From assembly GCA_044359955.1 (NCBI GenBank), contig JBIKLF010000005.1, positions 54,843 to 118,842 of the forward strand: DNA of 64,000 nt, written 5' to 3'. Below, piece by piece: positions 9,665 to 20,332 of this stretch. The translations under genes were made by a program, and so were the position numbers. The number at the start of each line of letters is the position of its first letter. Position 1 is the stretch's first letter. Under the pieces are notes generated by a model, which had not been told where the DNA came from, did no database searches, and worked only from the letters and a program-made list of their open reading frames with translations. The DNA is from Chthoniobacterales bacterium (GTDB taxonomy: Bacteria > Verrucomicrobiota > Verrucomicrobiia > Chthoniobacterales > JACTMZ01).

Positions 9665-9890
9665 GACAGTTGCTGACCCCTATGGCCGCGCCGCAAGTTG
9701 CCTTTGAGTATCTGGTTTCGGGCGATGTGGCAGGTGACCTCCCAGAGGAACGGCCAAGCCTCCTGCGTCGGAGAACTCCACTCGCCCGGCGACTTCCTTC
9801 TTCTCCCCGCGCAAGCCTCCACACCGCTGGAACCCGTCGGCGCAAGCTGCACCATCCTCGTCACTACGATCCCTCGAACGCCGGGCGACC

Positions 9891-11594
9891 TCAACCGGCC
9901 GGGGCGCTCCGCAACATGAGAAAATTCGACGATTTTTCGTAGAAGGTGGGCGGCTCGACCGTGCTTCCCTCGGCCAGGCGGCGCTCTTCGCGAAGCAACA
10001 TGTGGTAAACCCACCGCCCACCCAGGGCCGAGGCCACGCGACACCGCACACCGAACTCTTTGCGCAACTGACGCAGCAAGCGGTCGGCCCGTTGATGCAG
10101 CGGGTTTTGGACACGAAAATACCGGCGGATCGCCCACAGAGCCGCCGCGTAGTCCACCGCCAGCCTGCCGGCCTCGCGACGAAAACGCGCCCGCACCCTT
10201 AGGTCGGCGTCTTGACCATAGCGAATCCAACCCTGCCAAGCGGTTTGTGCCATGCGCAGCACGCTCGGGCCGTTGACCTCGAAATCCCGCTCGAAAGCCC
10301 GCAGTAACCAGTCCGATTCACTTCCGGCCGGCAACTGCGGGTGGCGGTGGGCAAAACGCAATTGACCGTGCACATCCGCACCATCCTCCCACTGAGGATC
10401 CAACAACGCTCCGTTGGCCTTGTGCTCCTCAAAGAGCGGCGTTCCGGGCACCGGCGTGTAAAGCATGAATTGATGGAACTCCGTCGCGTGACTCACCGCA
10501 TGCTCGATGACCTCCGCCATGTTGTCCGGACGGTGTTCTTCGAGACCGATAATCGTGGAGCCGAGAACGCTGATGCCGTGTGACCGCAAGGTTCGCACAA
10601 CCTCGAGCGTGTCGACTCCTCGCAGCTTCTGATAGCGGCTCTCCTTGCCCTCCAGCCCCATCCACACCCAGGAAATCCCGAGACTCACAAGCTGGTCGCT
10701 GGTGTAGGACTTGAGCACGTTGGCCGAGCTGAACACGTAGAGAGACCAGCTCTTGCCGTGCTGCTGCATCAGCTCGAGCAGCCGGAGCGCCCGCTGGCGG
10801 TGCAGGAGAAAGTTCTCGTCCATCACGAAAAACGACTGCACCCGCATGTCCCGCTCCAGACCTTCCATTTCCCGGAAAAGCTCGTCCCCGCTCTCGTAAA
10901 AATTGATGAACTTTCCCTTGCCGCCGAACATCGCCGACGTCGCGCAAAAGTTGCACCCCATGGGACAGCCGACCGACGGGATCAAGGTCGCCGCCGTGTC
11001 GCACGAGTCATCCTTCAGTCGCATGCCCATGGTGCGCGCACCGATTCCGGAAAGAATCCGCGGATGCCGCACCGGCGCGTCCTCATCCTCGCCGAGGAAC
11101 CGCCGAAACCACCGCACCCCCTCCCCGCGCACCACATGGTCCGCCTCCAGACGTTCGAGCAGGCGCGGCATCCCTGAGATGTGTCCGCCCACCACAATCA
11201 GCGCGTGCGGTTGAATTTCCCGGATCAGGCGGCACATTTTCCGGGCCTTTAGGTAGTTCGGAGGGATCGCACTGATCGCCACCACATCGTAACGAACCGT
11301 GCGCAACTCCTCGATGAAGCGGTCGAGGGTCGGAAAATCCAGCAGCGCGTTCGGCGCCGAAATGTTTTCCCGGATCATCATCAGCCCCCACGAACGGTGA
11401 AACATCCGCAGCGAAAACGGCCCCTGCACCCGCGTCACCTGATTATGGTAAAGCTCCATCGGGTTGATGGCGCGGCTGCCATATTCATCGTCCCGGGCAT
11501 ACGGCCCGAAAACACTGGTGAAAAGAATGCGCGGGTTCGGAATGGTGCAACGTGAAGCGGTCGCACCAGCCGCAGGAGAGTGATCAATAGTCAT
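9891..11594 (-). CDS. B12-binding domain-containing radical SAM protein
   Basis: CxxxCxxC cluster CPMGCNFCATS, preceded by a cobalamin-binding-like Rossmann segment (YDVVAISAIPPNYLKARKMCRLIREIQPHALIVVGGH). ATG at 11594; the ORF track starts at TTG 11633. Confidence 0.85.
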   Translation of the reverse strand: MTIDHSPAAGATASRCTIPNPRILFTSVFGPYARDDEYGSRAINPMELYHNQVTRVQGPFSLRMFHRSWGLMMIRENISAPNALLDFPTLDRFIEELRTVRYDVVAISAIPPNYLKARKMCRLIREIQPHALIVVGGHISGMPRLLERLEADHVVRGEGVRWFRRFLGEDEDAPVRHPRILSGIGARTMGMRLKDDSCDTAATLIPSVGCPMGCNFCATSAMFGGKGKFINFYESGDELFREMEGLERDMRVQSFFVMDENFLLHRQRALRLLELMQQHGKSWSLYVFSSANVLKSYTSDQLVSLGISWVWMGLEGKESRYQKLRGVDTLEVVRTLRSHGISVLGSTIIGLEEHRPDNMAEVIEHAVSHATEFHQFMLYTPVPGTPLFEEHKANGALLDPQWEDGADVHGQLRFAHRHPQLPAGSESDWLLRAFERDFEVNGPSVLRMAQTAWQGWIRYGQDADLRVRARFRREAGRLAVDYAAALWAIRRYFRVQNPLHQRADRLLRQLRKEFGVRCRVASALGGRWVYHMLLREERRLAEGSTVEPPTFYEKSSNFLMLRSAPAG

Positions 11595-11645
11595 GTGATT
11601 TATTAGATTAACTAATAGTTTGCATGCAATCAAACAATAGACGTG
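11595..11645 (-). promoter_or_regulatory. AT-rich island with a candidate sigma70-like promoter and a TTGCATGCAA palindrome
   Basis: On the minus strand: TTGATT (11633-11628), 17 nt, TAATCT (11610-11605), then ATG at 11594, giving a near-leaderless transcript. Perfect 10-nt palindrome at 11620-11629. Its composition contrasts strongly with the flanks. Confidence 0.3.
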
Positions 11646-11657
11646 CGCCCCCCCGCT

Positions 11658-13844
11658 TCAACCCTGCTCCAGCCTGACCCTCAACCCCCCGAATCGCCGC
11701 CGCGTGTCGTTCTGCCGCACCGCCGTGGCCAGGGCTTTGCGCTGTCCCGCCACCACCACGAGCCGCTTGCCGCGCGTGATCGCCGTGTAAAGCAGGTTGC
11801 GCTGCAAGAGCAGAAAATGCTGCATGGCCAGCGGGATCACCACCGCGGGAAATTCCGACCCCTGGCTCTTGTGGATGCTGATGGCGTAGGCGGGCTCGAC
11901 CTCGTCCAGCTCGTTGAACTCGTAAACCGCCCGCCGCCCGTCGAACTCGATCGCCACCTGACGCTGGTCCCCGTCGATTGACATGATCCTCCCGATATCA
12001 CCATTGAACACATCTTTGTCATAGTTGTTCCGCGTCTGCAGCACCTTGTCCCCCGCCCGGAATTTCGTGCCGAAGCGCTCCACTTCCGCGCGGTCCGGAT
12101 GCGGCGGATTGAGCGCCGCCTGCAGCGCCGTGTTCAGCTCCCGGATCCCCAAGCTCCCGCGGTGCATCGGCGCCAGCACCTGGATATCGCGGACTGCGTC
12201 CAGCCCGAGCCGCCGCGGAATTTCCTCCCGCACGAGACGAACCACCAGCTTGGCGATTTCTTCCGGTTCTTCCCGGTGCAGGAAGGCAAAATCTGTGTTC
12301 TTTTCCCCCGCCTCCTCCGGCACCCGCCCGTGCCGGATATCATGGGCGGCCCGCACAATGCGGCTCGCTTCGGCTTGGCGGAAAATTTCCGTCAGGCGCA
12401 CCGAGGGCACGGCGCCGCTGGCCAGCAGGTCGGACAAAATGGACCCCGGGCCCACACTGGGCAACTGGTCCGGATCGCCGACCAGGACAAGGGACCCGTG
12501 GGACGGCAGGGCACGACACAAGGCCGCCATGAGCGGGACGTCAACCATGGAAAATTCGTCGACCACCACGAGGTCCGTATCGAGCGGGTGGCGCTTCCCG
12601 CGCTTGAATCCGCCGGAGGGCAATATCTCGAGCATCCGGTGGATGGTTTGGGCCGCACACCCCGTCGATTCACCCATCCGCTTGGCCGCGCGTCCGGTCG
12701 GCGCGCAGAGGAGGAACCTCACCCGCTTGGCCGCGAGAATCTTCAACAAGCTGTCAAGCAAGGTGGTCTTGCCCACGCCCGGACCTCCGGTGACCACGAC
12801 CACGCGCGAGCCAAGCACCTGACGCAGCGCGTCCACCTGGCTCGGCGAGAGCGTCTTGCCGGTTTTCTGCTGCACCCAGCCGAGCGCTTTTTCGAATTCG
12901 ATCTCCGGATACTTCGGCGGCTGGGCGGACAATCTTCGCACCGTCTCGGCAATCGTCTCCTCCGCCGCGCGCAAGGCAGGCAGGAAAACCATGGAGTCAC
13001 CGGCGATTTCCTCGACGGTCAAATGTCCGTCCGCCACTTCCCGGTCGAGGGCACCAACCACGATGCCTTCATCAACGCCGAGCAATTGCCCGGCCGTCGA
13101 GAGCAGTGCCGCCCGCGGCAACGCGGTGTGCCCTTCGGCCGTGGCCTCGGACAACACGTGTTGCAACCCGCCGCGGGCCCGCAGGATGGAATCATGACCG
13201 AATCCGAGTTTTGCGCCGACCGCGTCCGCCGACTTAAAGCCGATGCCCGGGATATCCCGCGCCAGCAGGTAAGGATTGGCCCGCACGCGCACGATGGCTT
13301 CCTCCCCGTAGAGTTTGAAGACCCGGAGCGCACGACTCGTGCTGATCCCGTGGCTGTGCAGGAAGACCATGATGTCCCGCACGACCCGCTGCTCGGCCCA
13401 AGCCGCCTTGATTTGTTGCCGCCGCCCCGATCCGATTCCCTCCACATCTTCCAAGCGCGCCGAGGAATTTTCGATGATCTCGAAAATTTTCTCACCGAAT
13501 TTCGCCACCATCTTTTTCGCGTAAACCGGACCGATCCCACGGATCAGTCCGCTGCCGAGATATTTTTCAATGCCCTCGAGGGAGGTCGGGGCGTGGCAAC
13601 GGATGTCCGTCGCGCGCAGCTGCATCCCATGGTCGCGGTTCCGCTCCCACCGCCCCTCCGCCGTGATCCATTCGCCGGGCGAGACCGCCGCCACGACACC
13701 GACCACCGGCACCAGATCGCGCCGGCCTTTTACTTTCACCTTGAGCACCGCAAAGCCGGTGTCCTCATTGTGGAAAGTGACCCGCTCGACCAGGCCGGAA
13801 AGCCCGTCAACCGGTGCGGTAATTTCGGAAGCCATCGCCCCCAT
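11658..13844 (-). CDS. recD2: ATP-dependent RecD-like DNA helicase (RecD2, SF1B)
   Basis: 728 aa. N-terminal OB/HhH region (VTFHNEDTGFAVLKV; GIGPVYAKKMV), Walker A VVVTGGPGVGKTT, DExx LVVVDEFSMV, C-terminal SH3/UvrD-like end YAISIHKSQGSEF. Confidence 0.9.
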   Translation of the reverse strand: MGAMASEITAPVDGLSGLVERVTFHNEDTGFAVLKVKVKGRRDLVPVVGVVAAVSPGEWITAEGRWERNRDHGMQLRATDIRCHAPTSLEGIEKYLGSGLIRGIGPVYAKKMVAKFGEKIFEIIENSSARLEDVEGIGSGRRQQIKAAWAEQRVVRDIMVFLHSHGISTSRALRVFKLYGEEAIVRVRANPYLLARDIPGIGFKSADAVGAKLGFGHDSILRARGGLQHVLSEATAEGHTALPRAALLSTAGQLLGVDEGIVVGALDREVADGHLTVEEIAGDSMVFLPALRAAEETIAETVRRLSAQPPKYPEIEFEKALGWVQQKTGKTLSPSQVDALRQVLGSRVVVVTGGPGVGKTTLLDSLLKILAAKRVRFLLCAPTGRAAKRMGESTGCAAQTIHRMLEILPSGGFKRGKRHPLDTDLVVVDEFSMVDVPLMAALCRALPSHGSLVLVGDPDQLPSVGPGSILSDLLASGAVPSVRLTEIFRQAEASRIVRAAHDIRHGRVPEEAGEKNTDFAFLHREEPEEIAKLVVRLVREEIPRRLGLDAVRDIQVLAPMHRGSLGIRELNTALQAALNPPHPDRAEVERFGTKFRAGDKVLQTRNNYDKDVFNGDIGRIMSIDGDQRQVAIEFDGRRAVYEFNELDEVEPAYAISIHKSQGSEFPAVVIPLAMQHFLLLQRNLLYTAITRGKRLVVVAGQRKALATAVRQNDTRRRFGGLRVRLEQG

Positions 13845-13915
13845 CCTGCCTGCGGCAGACCCGTCGGGGCAAGCGGGCGGCTTTTTCTTGCCAACCGGCT
13901 CCCTCGGGCGCTACT

Positions 13916-14155
13916 TTGATCGGTTCTTCCATGAAAGCTGGTCTCCATCCTGAATACGCCGAAACAACGATCACCTGCACCTGCGGGGCTGTTTACCACA
14001 CCCGTTCGACCCGACGGAACATCAAGATCGGCATCTGCGCGGCCTGCCACCCTTTCTTCACCGGCGAACAGAAGTTCATCGACACCGCCGGACGCGTCGA
14101 GAAATTCACCCGCCGCTACGGCACGGTCAAATCCACCCGCGCCCAAAAAGCTTAG
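13916..14155 (+). CDS. rpmE: 50S ribosomal protein L31
   Basis: MKAGLHPEY...CTCG...CAACHPFFTGEQKFIDTAGRVEKFTRRYG, a full-length L31 signature. Confidence 0.95.
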   Translation: MIGSSMKAGLHPEYAETTITCTCGAVYHTRSTRRNIKIGICAACHPFFTGEQKFIDTAGRVEKFTRRYGTVKSTRAQKA

Positions 14156-14173
14156 TTGGTTTGTTGCCCATCC

Positions 14174-14215
14174 GGTGATCGCGCCGCCCCGCGGCCGGTC
14201 GCCGTTTTTCGTTTT
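14174..14215 (+). terminator. candidate intrinsic terminator/attenuator between rpmE and prfA
   Basis: Hairpin ggtgatcg-c-gccgc-ccc-gcggc-cggtcgcc (two G-U pairs) followed by gtttttcgtttt. The T tract ends directly at the prfA ATG (14216). Confidence 0.45.
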
Positions 14216-15292
14216 ATGGATCTCGCGCCGCTCATCGCCAAAAAACGTGAGCGTCTGGCCGAGTTGGACCAACTCGTCTCCTCCGACGACTTCTTCGCCG
14301 AACCCGCCAAGGCGCGCGACATCATGCGCGAACAAGCCCGACTCAAGGAACTCGCCGCCGCCCAAGACGAAGTGCAAAGCCTGCGCACCCAGCTGAAAGA
14401 AAACAGCGAACTGGCCAGCAGCCCCGATCCCGAGATGGCCGAACTCGCCGCCGCCGAAATCCCGCAGATCGAAGCACGCCTCGCCGTCCTTGACCGCGAC
14501 ATCCAATTCGCCCTGCTGCCGCCGGACGAAAGCGAGGACCGCAATGCCATCGTCGAAATTCGCGCCGGCACCGGTGGCGATGAGGCCGCCCTTTTCGCCG
14601 CCGACCTCTACCGCATGTATCAGCGCTACGCCGAAGCGCAGGGACTCAAACTCGAGTCCGTCGATTCCAGTCCCTCCGGCCTCGGCGGTTTCAAAGAAAT
14701 CATCTTCAAAGTGATCGGTGACGCCGTCTTCCGCCGCCTGCGCTATGAAAGCGGCGTCCACCGCGTGCAACGCGTCCCCGCCACCGAAGCACAGGGCCGC
14801 ATCCACACCTCCACCGCCACCGTGGCCGTTCTGCCCGAAGCGCAGGAAGTCGACATCGAACTGCGCCCGCAAGACCTCCGTATCGAGGTCTGCCGCTCCG
14901 GCGGACCCGGCGGACAGGGCGTCAACACGACCGACTCCGCCGTCCAGATTCTCCACATCCCCACCGGGAAAATTGTCCGCTGCCAGGACGGACGCTCGCA
15001 GCAAAAAAACAAAGCCGCCGCTCTGGAAATCCTCCGCACCCGTCTCCTCGAGGACAAACGCAACGAGGAAGAAGCCAAGTATTCCGCCCACCGCCGAAGC
15101 TTGATCGGACGCGCCGGACGCGAGGAGAAAATCCGCACCTACAATTTCCCGCAGAACCGCATCACCGACCACCGCATCGGTCTCACGCTTTACAATCTCG
15201 ACCGCGTGATCGACGGCGACCTCGACGAAATGGTCTCCTCCCTCCAACAACGCGACATGGAAGACCGCCTCTCCGAAGCCGGACTCGCGTAA
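14216..15292 (+). CDS. prfA: peptide chain release factor 1
   Basis: GGQ motif (SGGPGGQGVNTTDSAV) and RF1-type tripeptide region RVQRVPATEAQGRIHTS. Start at ATG 14216 (MDLAPLIAKK); the ORF track begins at TTG 14156. Confidence 0.95.
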   Translation: MDLAPLIAKKRERLAELDQLVSSDDFFAEPAKARDIMREQARLKELAAAQDEVQSLRTQLKENSELASSPDPEMAELAAAEIPQIEARLAVLDRDIQFALLPPDESEDRNAIVEIRAGTGGDEAALFAADLYRMYQRYAEAQGLKLESVDSSPSGLGGFKEIIFKVIGDAVFRRLRYESGVHRVQRVPATEAQGRIHTSTATVAVLPEAQEVDIELRPQDLRIEVCRSGGPGGQGVNTTDSAVQILHIPTGKIVRCQDGRSQQKNKAAALEILRTRLLEDKRNEEEAKYSAHRRSLIGRAGREEKIRTYNFPQNRITDHRIGLTLYNLDRVIDGDLDEMVSSLQQRDMEDRLSEAGLA

Positions 15293-15326
15293 AAAGTGAT
15301 CACTCTATCCCGCACAAGCCAAGGGG

Positions 15327-15424
15327 CACGGGCAGCCTGCCCGTCACGACCCAATCCACACCCCACTGCAGCGTCGCCGTCCCCGGCGACGATCCCCAGT
15401 AGGGCCCGCTGGCCCCAGCGGGCC
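15327..15424. repeat. cluster of three REP-like hairpins between prfA and prmC
   Basis: Three hairpins: acgggcagcctgcccgt (15328-15344), gtcgccg-tccc-cggcgac (15373-15390, headed GCAG rather than GTAG), and GTAG + ggcccgctggccccagcgggcc (15399-15424), followed by a T6 run. Confidence 0.6.
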
Positions 15425-15437
15425 GCTGCTTTTTTCC

Positions 15438-16281
15438 ATGCCTGAAACCCTCCCGCTCCTGGAAGTCCTCCGCGCCAGCGAGCGCTACCTCTCCGACCGC
15501 GGCGTGGAAAATCCGCGCCTCAATGCCGAGCACCTTCTCGCCCACGCGCTCGGCCTCAAGCGCATGGAACTTTACCTCCAATTCGATCGCCCGCTGACCG
15601 AAACCGAACGCGCCCCGTTGCGCGACACGGTCAAACGCCGCGGCACCCGCGAACCACTCCAGCATATCCTCGGCACCGCCGAGTTCCACGGACGTACCTT
15701 CGGCTGCGATCAACGCGCGCTGATCCCCCGCCCCGAAACCGAGCAACTCGTCGAACTCGCCCTCGAAATCAGCAAGGCACACCCGGCAGCCAAGATCCTC
15801 GACCTCGGCACCGGGAGCGGAGTCATCGCCCTGACCCTGGCCCTCGAACTTCCCACCGCCGAAATCCACGCCACCGATTTCTGGCTGGACCCCTTGGCCC
15901 TTGCCTCGGACAACGCCGCCCGCCACAACCTCGCTGACCGCGTCCGTTTCACCCAAACCGACCTTCTCCCGACGGGTGACACCACATTTGACCTGATCGT
16001 GGCCAACCTCCCCTACATCCCGACGGCGGAAATCGCCACCCTCTCGGCCGAAGTCCGGCACGATCCCACCTCCGCGCTCGATGGTGGCGCCGACGGCCTC
16101 GACCTCATCCGCCGCCTCATCGAGGCTGCTCCCGCCCGGTTGTCACCCGGCGGCGCCCTGCTCCTCGAAATCGGCGCCGGACAGGCAAATGCAGTTAACA
16201 CCCTACTGACAGCGCTCAAATTTCGGGACATTTCTGTCCGTCCCGATTATGAAAATGTCCCGCGGTTCGCGGTTGGTTTCC

Positions 16282-16289
<8 letters not shown>
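15438..16289 (+). CDS. prmC: release factor glutamine N5-methyltransferase
   Basis: HemK/PrmC pattern: EPLQHILG, LDLGTGSGVIAL, and catalytic NPPY variant IVANLPYIP. Sits downstream of prfA, as in many bacteria. Confidence 0.9.
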
Positions 16290-17541
<1,252 letters not shown>

Positions 17542-17589
17542 ACAGTCAGAGCATGCGTTGCAACCATGACCACTCATGCATCTCCGCAG

Positions 17590-17653
17590 GTAGGGACGAG
17601 CGGCCCGCTCGTCCGCCTCGTTTCATACGGGCCCGCGAGCCGCGGGCCCCTAC
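17590..17653. repeat. REPIN-like inverted doublet of GTAG-headed palindromes
   Basis: gtagggacgagcggcccgctcgtcc (17590-17614), a 14-nt spacer, then gggcccgcgagccgcgggcccctac (17629-17653). Intergenic between murA and the KamA-family gene. Confidence 0.75.
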
Positions 17654-17663
17654 CTTGACCGCC

Positions 17664-18839
<1,176 letters not shown>

Positions 18840-18869
18840 AGACAATGCCCGAACCCCTCATTCCCCCGG

Positions 18870-18895
18870 GTAGGGCGCGGCGTCCCCGACGCGCC
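18870..18895 (+). repeat. GTAG-headed REP-like palindrome
   Basis: gtagggcgcggcgtccccgacgcgcc forms a hairpin with one internal mismatch. It lies 30 nt after the KamA-family stop. Confidence 0.6.
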
Positions 18896-18960
18896 GGGAA
18901 CCTTCCCATCAAACGACACGACCATCCGAAGACCGGGTTCTACCGGAAAATGCCAAGCCA

Positions 18961-19022
18961 AGTGCCATGGGCATCCTGCCCATGACGACCGGACATCATC
19001 GGCAAGATGCCGGTGCCACCCC
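18961..19022 (+). repeat. 62-nt two-hairpin repeat, copy 1 (family B)
   Basis: catgggcatcctgcccatg and catcggcaagatgccggtg hairpins. Collinear with 49425-49486 (about 49 of 62 identical by hand alignment, including a compensatory stem change). Confidence 0.7.
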
Positions 19023-19031
19023 CTAAACCCC

Positions 19032-20273
19032 ATGGCCACAATCATCATCCGCCCCCGCGCCCGCCTTTTCCACGGACACGACTGGGTCCACGACAACGAA
19101 GTCCTCAAGGTCACCGGCCAACCCGCAGACGGCGCCGTTGTCGGCCTGAAAGACCAGCGCGACCGCTTCCTCGGCAGCGCCATCTACAACAGCCGCTCGA
19201 AAATCCCGGCCCGCCGCTTCTCGCGCCAACGCCAAGACCTCGATCCTGACTTCTTCCGCCGCCGCCTTACCATGGCGAGCGAATACCGCGACAAACTCGG
19301 ACTCGACCCCCGCGCCCGCCGCGAGGTCTGGAGCGAAAGCGACGGACTCCCCGGACTCATCCTCGACCGCTACGGCGACTGCGTTGTCCTGCAAACCCTG
19401 ACCCTCGCCATGGACCAGCGCAAAGACCTCATCGCCGACGCCGTCGAAGAAATTCTCAAGCCCGCTTGCCTCATCGAACGCAACGACGCCCCCGTCCGCC
19501 AAGCCGAAGGACTCGAACTCCACGTCGGCATCCTCCGTGGCGCCGCCCCCGCCCCCTTCGAAGTCACCCTGGCCGGCGTGAAGTTCGGCCTCGACCTCCC
19601 CGGCGGACAAAAAACCGGCCTCTACCTCGACCAAGCCGACAACTACGCCCTCGTCGCGCAACATGCGAAAGGCCAGCGCGTCCTCGACTGCTTCAGCAAC
19701 CAAGGCGGCTTCGCCTTGGCCTGCGCCCTGGCCGGCGCCAGCGAAGTGATCGCCCTCGACATCTCCGCCGACGCCTGCGCCGCCATCGAGTCCAACGCCC
19801 GACGCAACAATCTTTCCGTAGGTAGGGACGAGCGGCCCGCTCGTCCTCTCGAAAACAACACGGACGGTCGCCACGACGACCGTCCCTACCTCCATGTTGT
19901 CGAAACCAACGTCTTCGACTGGCTCAAAGCCGCCGTGGCCCGCGGCGACAGCTACGACCTTATCATCCTCGACCCCCCCAGCTTCACCCGCGACCGCGCC
20001 CGCTTGAACGACGCCCTCCGCGGTTACAAGGAAATCCACCTCCGTGCGGCCCAACTCCTCAACAACGGCGGCCTGCTCGCCACCTTCTGCTGCTCCCACC
20101 ACGTCAGTGACGCCATGTTCCTCGACGTCATCCGCGACGCCATGATCGACGCCAAGAAAACCGCCCGCCTCCGCGCCACCTACACCCAACGGGCCGACCA
20201 CCCGGTCATCCTCGGCCTCCCCGAGTCCGCCTACCTCAAGGGTCATCTCCTCGAAATGGCTCCGGGGCGCTGA
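19032..20273 (+). CDS. class I SAM-dependent rRNA methyltransferase, RlmI-like (PUA + MTase)
   Basis: N-terminal PUA-like segment, then VLDCFSNQGGFALACALAGA (SAM motif I) and DLIILDPPSF (motif IV). Carries a 24-codon REP-derived insert at 19818-19889. Confidence 0.8.
   Translation: MATIIIRPRARLFHGHDWVHDNEVLKVTGQPADGAVVGLKDQRDRFLGSAIYNSRSKIPARRFSRQRQDLDPDFFRRRLTMASEYRDKLGLDPRARREVWSESDGLPGLILDRYGDCVVLQTLTLAMDQRKDLIADAVEEILKPACLIERNDAPVRQAEGLELHVGILRGAAPAPFEVTLAGVKFGLDLPGGQKTGLYLDQADNYALVAQHAKGQRVLDCFSNQGGFALACALAGASEVIALDISADACAAIESNARRNNLSVGRDERPARPLENNTDGRHDDRPYLHVVETNVFDWLKAAVARGDSYDLIILDPPSFTRDRARLNDALRGYKEIHLRAAQLLNNGGLLATFCCSHHVSDAMFLDVIRDAMIDAKKTARLRATYTQRADHPVILGLPESAYLKGHLLEMAPGR
19818..19889 (+). 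repeat. REP doublet embedded in frame in the methyltransferase CDS
   Basis: gtag-gtagggacgagcggcccgctcgtcc ... ggacggtcgccacgacgaccgtccctac. The left arm is identical over 25 nt to 17590-17614. It spans 72 nt and translates as VGRDERPARPLENNTDGRHDDRPY. Confidence 0.75.
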
Positions 20274-20332
20274 CCAATTTTTTCTCGCCACCTCGGGCGC
20301 GAAAAATCTACCTTGCGGTCGGAGACCAACCC

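Noticed and set aside
11595-11645. The AT-rich patch as a chromosome dimer resolution (dif) site, given a Xer recombinase in the window.
   Set aside because: There is no TTATGT/ACATAA-type Xer-binding arms and no 11-6-11 dif architecture. The patch is 30 kb from the recombinase gene and sits exactly where a promoter for the downstream gene is expected.
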